Assembly: GCA_033763315.1 (NCBI GenBank)
Contig: JANRKS010000023.1
Span: 64,001 to 128,000 of the forward strand
Origin: Deltaproteobacteria bacterium
GTDB taxonomy: Bacteria > Myxococcota_A > Polyangia > Fen-1088
Length of the DNA stretch: 64,000 bases
Reading direction: 5' to 3'
Shown: in pieces, positions 60,132-64,000 of the stretch
Position numbering within the stretch: the stretch's first letter is position 1
Layout: every line of letters begins with the position of its first letter
Translations under genes and position numbers: made by a program
The notes under the pieces: generated by a model
Databases searched by the model: none
What the model was told of the DNA's origin: nothing
The model's input: the letters and a program-made list of their open reading frames with translations, nothing else

Positions 60132-61136
60132 CTAGTTCACGTATCCGAACGCAACGTCCTCAAGACCGCTGCCCCCCACGTTGACGCTGGTCCAGGTCGT
60201 GCCGTTCTCTGAACGCTCAATGGTGCTGCCTCGGATGGACACCCACACCCCGGCGCCAAAGGCGGTGCGCCCTTCATTGCGACCTGCTGGTGTCTTGCAA
60301 GCGCTCGCATCGGTGAAGGTTGGATTGCAGAACACCACGCGGCTGTTGTGACCGCCCTCGCCGCGCGTCCACGTGTTGCCATCGGTGGATGACCACCAGT
60401 TGCCGTTGTCGGTGGCAGCCATGAATTTGCCATCGCCAAACGCCACGCTACGGGCGGCCTCCGTGGCACGGCCTTTGGCCGCCGTCCATGCCACGCCGTC
60501 GAGCGAATACGCTGAGTATCCGAAGCCACCGGCCGCGCCGAACCGGTTGTTCCCCCACTTCACGCCCCCCAGCCACTGGTTGTTTGGATTCTTATGCTCC
60601 GTCCACGTCTTACCGTCGGGTGACGACAAGATCTTCCAACCGGTTGCCACGAAGCGCCCGGCGCCGAAGCCTACCCCGCGAAGCAGGAACTCATCATCAC
60701 CGCCGCCGCCAAGGCGTTGGTCGTCGGTCCACGTTTTACCCAGGTCGGTGGAGCGGATGCGGCGGCCGGCGTAACCCACGGCCACGAACGTGGGGGTGCC
60801 CGTGGGCGTGCCCGCGTCCGGCATCACGACCGCCATGCCGCCCGCACCAGCGTCAGGAGAAAACGCACCACCACCACCGCCCGCCCCGCCGCCGCCCACC
60901 GCGACGCCGCCCGAGCCACCACTTTGCGCTGCGCCCGCCTGCCCCCCGACGCCGCCGGCGGCGCCACTTGCGCCAGCCGGGCCAGAACCGCCCTCGTCGC
61001 CCGCACCGGAATCGGCATCCTCCGGGCTCTCTACGTCACCTGAGACTTGGCCACCGCACGCGCTGGCCAAAGTGGCAATCGTGGTGGCCAATAGGCACGC
61101 CCTGAAGCGGCCGCAACCGCGCGCAAGCTGACGCAT
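60132..61136 (-). CDS. Lipoprotein with Asp-box (SxDGxTW) beta-propeller repeats
   Basis: LASAC lipobox; STDLGKTW, SPDGKTW, SLDGVAW, STDGNTW, SENGTTW. Confidence 0.78.
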   Translation of the reverse strand: MRQLARGCGRFRACLLATTIATLASACGGQVSGDVESPEDADSGAGDEGGSGPAGASGAAGGVGGQAGAAQSGGSGGVAVGGGGAGGGGGAFSPDAGAGGMAVVMPDAGTPTGTPTFVAVGYAGRRIRSTDLGKTWTDDQRLGGGGDDEFLLRGVGFGAGRFVATGWKILSSPDGKTWTEHKNPNNQWLGGVKWGNNRFGAAGGFGYSAYSLDGVAWTAAKGRATEAARSVAFGDGKFMAATDNGNWWSSTDGNTWTRGEGGHNSRVVFCNPTFTDASACKTPAGRNEGRTAFGAGVWVSIRGSTIERSENGTTWTSVNVGGSGLEDVAFGYVN

Positions 61137-61367
61137 TGTTTGTCACTCCGTCCGAACCACGTGGGGGATGTGAGACGCCTGCGTTAACGCCGGGCGCCGA
61201 GTCGTCCAGTAATTATCGGCGGATTGCTTACAGATTCAAGCGGCAAAATGTTCAGCAAGGTCAATCAACGGGAACAGCTCGCGCGCCCCTGGTTTTCCCC
61301 AGACTGCCGCGACCCGAAGGCGGCGGTGGCCTGGGCTCCACGGACGCAAGATGTTAGAATTACTCGC

Positions 61368-61598
61368 ATGAGCGACGAAGCCAGACAACGCAGGGCACAG
61401 CAACGGAGGGCGACGATGACTGTGGTGAAGTCGCACGCTAGCGGCCTCGCGCCTGACTTGTGCCCGGTAAGTGGTGCTGAGGCTGTCTCCCTGGTTTTCG
61501 AGTTGACACGCATGAGTTGGGCGCTGGCCGGCTTCCCAATGCCAACGTACTCTCGGCAAAACATTCCAATTGCGTTTGTTGCGCGGCAAACGAAGTGA
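61368..61598 (+). CDS. Small protein coupled to the nucleotidyltransferase
   Basis: 76 aa; GTGA overlap with the next gene. Confidence 0.6.
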   Translation: MSDEARQRRAQQRRATMTVVKSHASGLAPDLCPVSGAEAVSLVFELTRMSWALAGFPMPTYSRQNIPIAFVARQTK

Positions 61599-62053
61599 TT
61601 GTTCTTCCCGCCGACTTTCGAGACCTGCTCCTGGAGCTGGCTGACGCACGTGCCGAGTTTGTCATCGTCGGCGGCTACGCAGTCGCCTTCCATGGCCACC
61701 CTCGAGCGACCAAGGACATCGACATTCTGGTGAGACCCGACCCGGCCAATGCGAGACGTGTATACAACGCATTGGCAAGATTCGGAGCGCCCCTGAGCGC
61801 TCTTGAGGTGGCGGCCGAAGATTTCGCTGAATACGGAGGCGTCTTGCAGATCGGGTTGCCACCCTTCCGCATCGACGTGATTAACAGTGCTTCGGGAATA
61901 ACGTTTGACGAAGCCATCGAGGAAGGCCGACAACTGAACCTCGATGGTCGAATGATTCCGGTCATTGGCTTAAAGGCGCTCTTGAAAAACAAGCGTGCAT
62001 CCGGCAGGGCCCAAGATCTCGCGGACGTTCAAGCCCTGCACCGCGCGGAATAA
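61595..62053 (+). CDS. Nucleotidyltransferase (DUF6036-like)
   Basis: IVGGYAVAFHGHPRATKDIDI, KRASGRAQDLADV. Confidence 0.88.
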   Translation: MIVLPADFRDLLLELADARAEFVIVGGYAVAFHGHPRATKDIDILVRPDPANARRVYNALARFGAPLSALEVAAEDFAEYGGVLQIGLPPFRIDVINSASGITFDEAIEEGRQLNLDGRMIPVIGLKALLKNKRASGRAQDLADVQALHRAE

Positions 62054-62203
62054 ATCGCTTGGGCGCTGGGCATTGGCCTCGCGGGCGAGAGCCCGACCCA
62101 ACCGTCCAGTCCCCTTGAGGCCCTTCGGGGGCTGGATAGGAGAATCTGGGAAGGGACGGACGCTGACCAATACGTCGAAGGCCTGCGCAAGGAATGGCCT
62201 TGA
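62054..62203 (+). pseudogene. 5'-truncated antitoxin remnant
   Basis: Manual translation IAWALGIGLAGESPTQPSSPLEALRGLDRRIWEGTDADQYVEGLRKEWP*; no ATG/GTG/TTG start; overlaps the PIN gene start. Confidence 0.6.
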
Positions 62204-62613
62204 AGGTTTTTTCGGACACGAACCTGTTCATCTATCTGTGGGAACAGAAGTCCTTCGTCAAAGAGATGGAGGCGGTGATGCGAATCATAGAAGGTGGGGG
62301 GCACTCAGTCGCGACCTCAACGTTGACGTTGGGCGAAGTATTGGTTCACCCCTTGCGCCACGGAGATCCTATGGTGATGAAGACATACACCGAAGCGATG
62401 CTGAGGCTTTCTCCGATACCGTTCGATGCAGAGGCCGCCGTGCTCTTTGCGCAGCTGCGAGCGTCCAATCCCAACCTGCGTCCACCGGACGCCGTCCAGC
62501 TGGCTTGCGCAGCCACCGGCGCTTGTGAACTCTTCCTAACAAACGACAACCGTCTCGCTACGGTGCAGTTGTTTGGCGGGCCAAAGATTCAGGCTCTTGC
62601 CGATTGGGCTTAA
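62194..62613 (+). CDS. PIN-domain (VapC-like) toxin
   Basis: DTNLFIY, TLGEVL, PDAVQLACA, FLTND. Confidence 0.9.
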   Translation: MALKVFSDTNLFIYLWEQKSFVKEMEAVMRIIEGGGHSVATSTLTLGEVLVHPLRHGDPMVMKTYTEAMLRLSPIPFDAEAAVLFAQLRASNPNLRPPDAVQLACAATGACELFLTNDNRLATVQLFGGPKIQALADWA

Positions 62614-62803
62614 ACCTCATCCGCATCCAAATATCTTTAGTCTTAAGCTACGTCGCGACTGACCGCAAAAGGATGCGCCTACAAACCGCGACGCACAATT
62701 GAGCGCTGAATTGAAATCGATGCCCGTCACTGCGACGACGGCAAGCGCCATGAAATGCACCAGTGATTGTGGACTGGCCGGGCGATTGAAGAATGAGAAC
62801 GGT

Positions 62804-64000
62804 TCACGGCGCTCCGCAGGTGGCACTGGCTGTTGCGCAGGATGTGAAGCCGCAACTCATTGAGACGTTTGCGGTGCTGTTACCGGTGGCTAGCACCCCT
62901 GTGCCTTGAACAGCTCCTGAGCATGAAATGCCGGGGGCGTTGTTGTTGAGGACGCTCACACGGTCAAGACGTGTGGCGGCCGTGGGGTTTGTGAGGCGGA
63001 TGCCGCCCCAAAGAATGCCGGCCAGGTCGCCGGGGCCGTTGCCTGAGATGGTTGAGTTCGTGAGGACTAATGTGCCGCCGTCAACCAAGACGCCCCCGCC
63101 TTCGTTGTTTTGAATTCGCGAGGACTCTAGTTGCAGTTTGGCATTCGAACTTATGGAAATGCCTTGCTTCGTGCCTCCGCTGATTGTTAGTCCGCGTGCA
63201 TAGAGATCGCCGCCGGAAACTTGAAGCCCAATGCCCGCCCCCGAGGAGATCCGAGCCCCGCCCTGCCCCACCACCGCCAGCTTCCCAGGCCCGGGGTAAG
63301 TTGCGCCGAAAACCGCCTCAGGACCTTTCATCACCACCAACGCTTTGCCTCCCGCTTTGGCTGCGCTCATGCCTTCCTGCAATCCACATATCGGCATGCC
63401 GGCCGTTCCTGGGTTCGTGTTCGAGCACTTTGCGGTGACGTTCTCGACGAAAATCGTTTCCCCCGCAGCGGCACACCGACCATCGTCGTGTGCCATACAA
63501 ACCCCGGGGCTTGCCCCAACCTTGGCCACGCACTCCGCATCGGCGCTGCACGCGCGGCATGTGTTCTGGCTGCATATCGGCTTTGCTGCCGCGCCACAGT
63601 CACCACTGCCAACGCATTCAACGCACTTGCCTGTGCTTGCCTCGCACACCGGCTTTGCCGCGCTTCTTGCGTTGCATGCGGTGGCCGCCACACCCGTGGC
63701 ATTACAAGCCACACAAGCACCCGACGAGCAAACAGGGGCAGCTTCTCCGCACTGGCTACTTTGCAAACACGCTACGCATTTGCCACTCGCGACCTCACAA
63801 AAAGGCGCCGCTGCGTTTACACCCAAACATTGAGCATCGTTCGCACAAGCCACGCACAAACCTTGGCCGCCACATATCGGCTTTTCACCACCGCAGTCAC
63901 CACTGACTGCGCACGTCCCAGCCGTATCGCTCGAAATTGTGTCCCCGCCGCTTGTATCAGGCGCCGCGCCGTCCATCCCCGCCGTGCCCACGTCGGCGCC
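62804..64000 (-). CDS. Cys-rich repeat protein with beta-helix C-terminus (5' end off window)
   Basis: Repeated C-x(5)-C..P-x-C..CVxC units; NNEGGGV/ISGNG beta-helix repeats; frame open to the window edge. Confidence 0.8.
   Translation of the reverse strand, partial: GADVGTAGMDGAAPDTSGGDTISSDTAGTCAVSGDCGGEKPICGGQGLCVACANDAQCLGVNAAAPFCEVASGKCVACLQSSQCGEAAPVCSSGACVACNATGVAATACNARSAAKPVCEASTGKCVECVGSGDCGAAAKPICSQNTCRACSADAECVAKVGASPGVCMAHDDGRCAAAGETIFVENVTAKCSNTNPGTAGMPICGLQEGMSAAKAGGKALVVMKGPEAVFGATYPGPGKLAVVGQGGARISSGAGIGLQVSGGDLYARGLTISGGTKQGISISSNAKLQLESSRIQNNEGGGVLVDGGTLVLTNSTISGNGPGDLAGILWGGIRLTNPTAATRLDRVSVLNNNAPGISCSGAVQGTGVLATGNSTANVSMSCGFTSCATASATCGAP

Noticed and set aside
60780-61030. 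GC-rich quasi-repeats (also 54370-54530 and 58970-59130)
   Set aside because: They encode Gly/Ser-rich lipoprotein linkers, not independent DNA repeats
62614-62803. Possible small RNA or tRNA in the intergenic gap
   Set aside because: No cloverleaf, clear hairpin or conserved motif seen

Overview
GC-rich chromosomal segment from a Myxococcota-like bacterium, inferred from a MYXO-CTERM protease, a CglB-like VWA lipoprotein, Gly-rich lipoproteins and a kinase-ATPase-TPR-GAF regulator. It has four parts. (1) 1-28 kb: housekeeping and envelope genes (lipB, two ATP-grasp/Ddl-like genes, transglycosylase, gap, folD, phhA) plus several uncharacterised modules. (2) 28-40 kb: a late flagellar cluster (flgG-A-H-I-J-M-N-K-L-fliC-D-S, FliT-like, glycosyltransferase, divergent fliJ) with recognisable sigma54 and sigma28 promoters. 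(3) 40-47 kb: IlvD-type dehydratase, an AAA+/DUF4143 gene whose promoter lies within three 33-bp palindromic repeats, mnmA and an SNF2 helicase. (4) 47-61 kb: a polyuronide-utilisation island with two IclR regulators, GH105/GH88-DUF4861, kduI, eda, kduD and kdgF, followed by a sigma54-driven operon (CBM lipoprotein, LamB-like porin, PL14-like lyase, VWA lipoprotein, beta-helix lyase) that looks like a SusCD-independent polysaccharide uptake system. Toxin-antitoxin-like genes follow. No rRNA, tRNA, CRISPR array or transposase was seen. All family assignments come from motifs recognised by eye; no database search was run.
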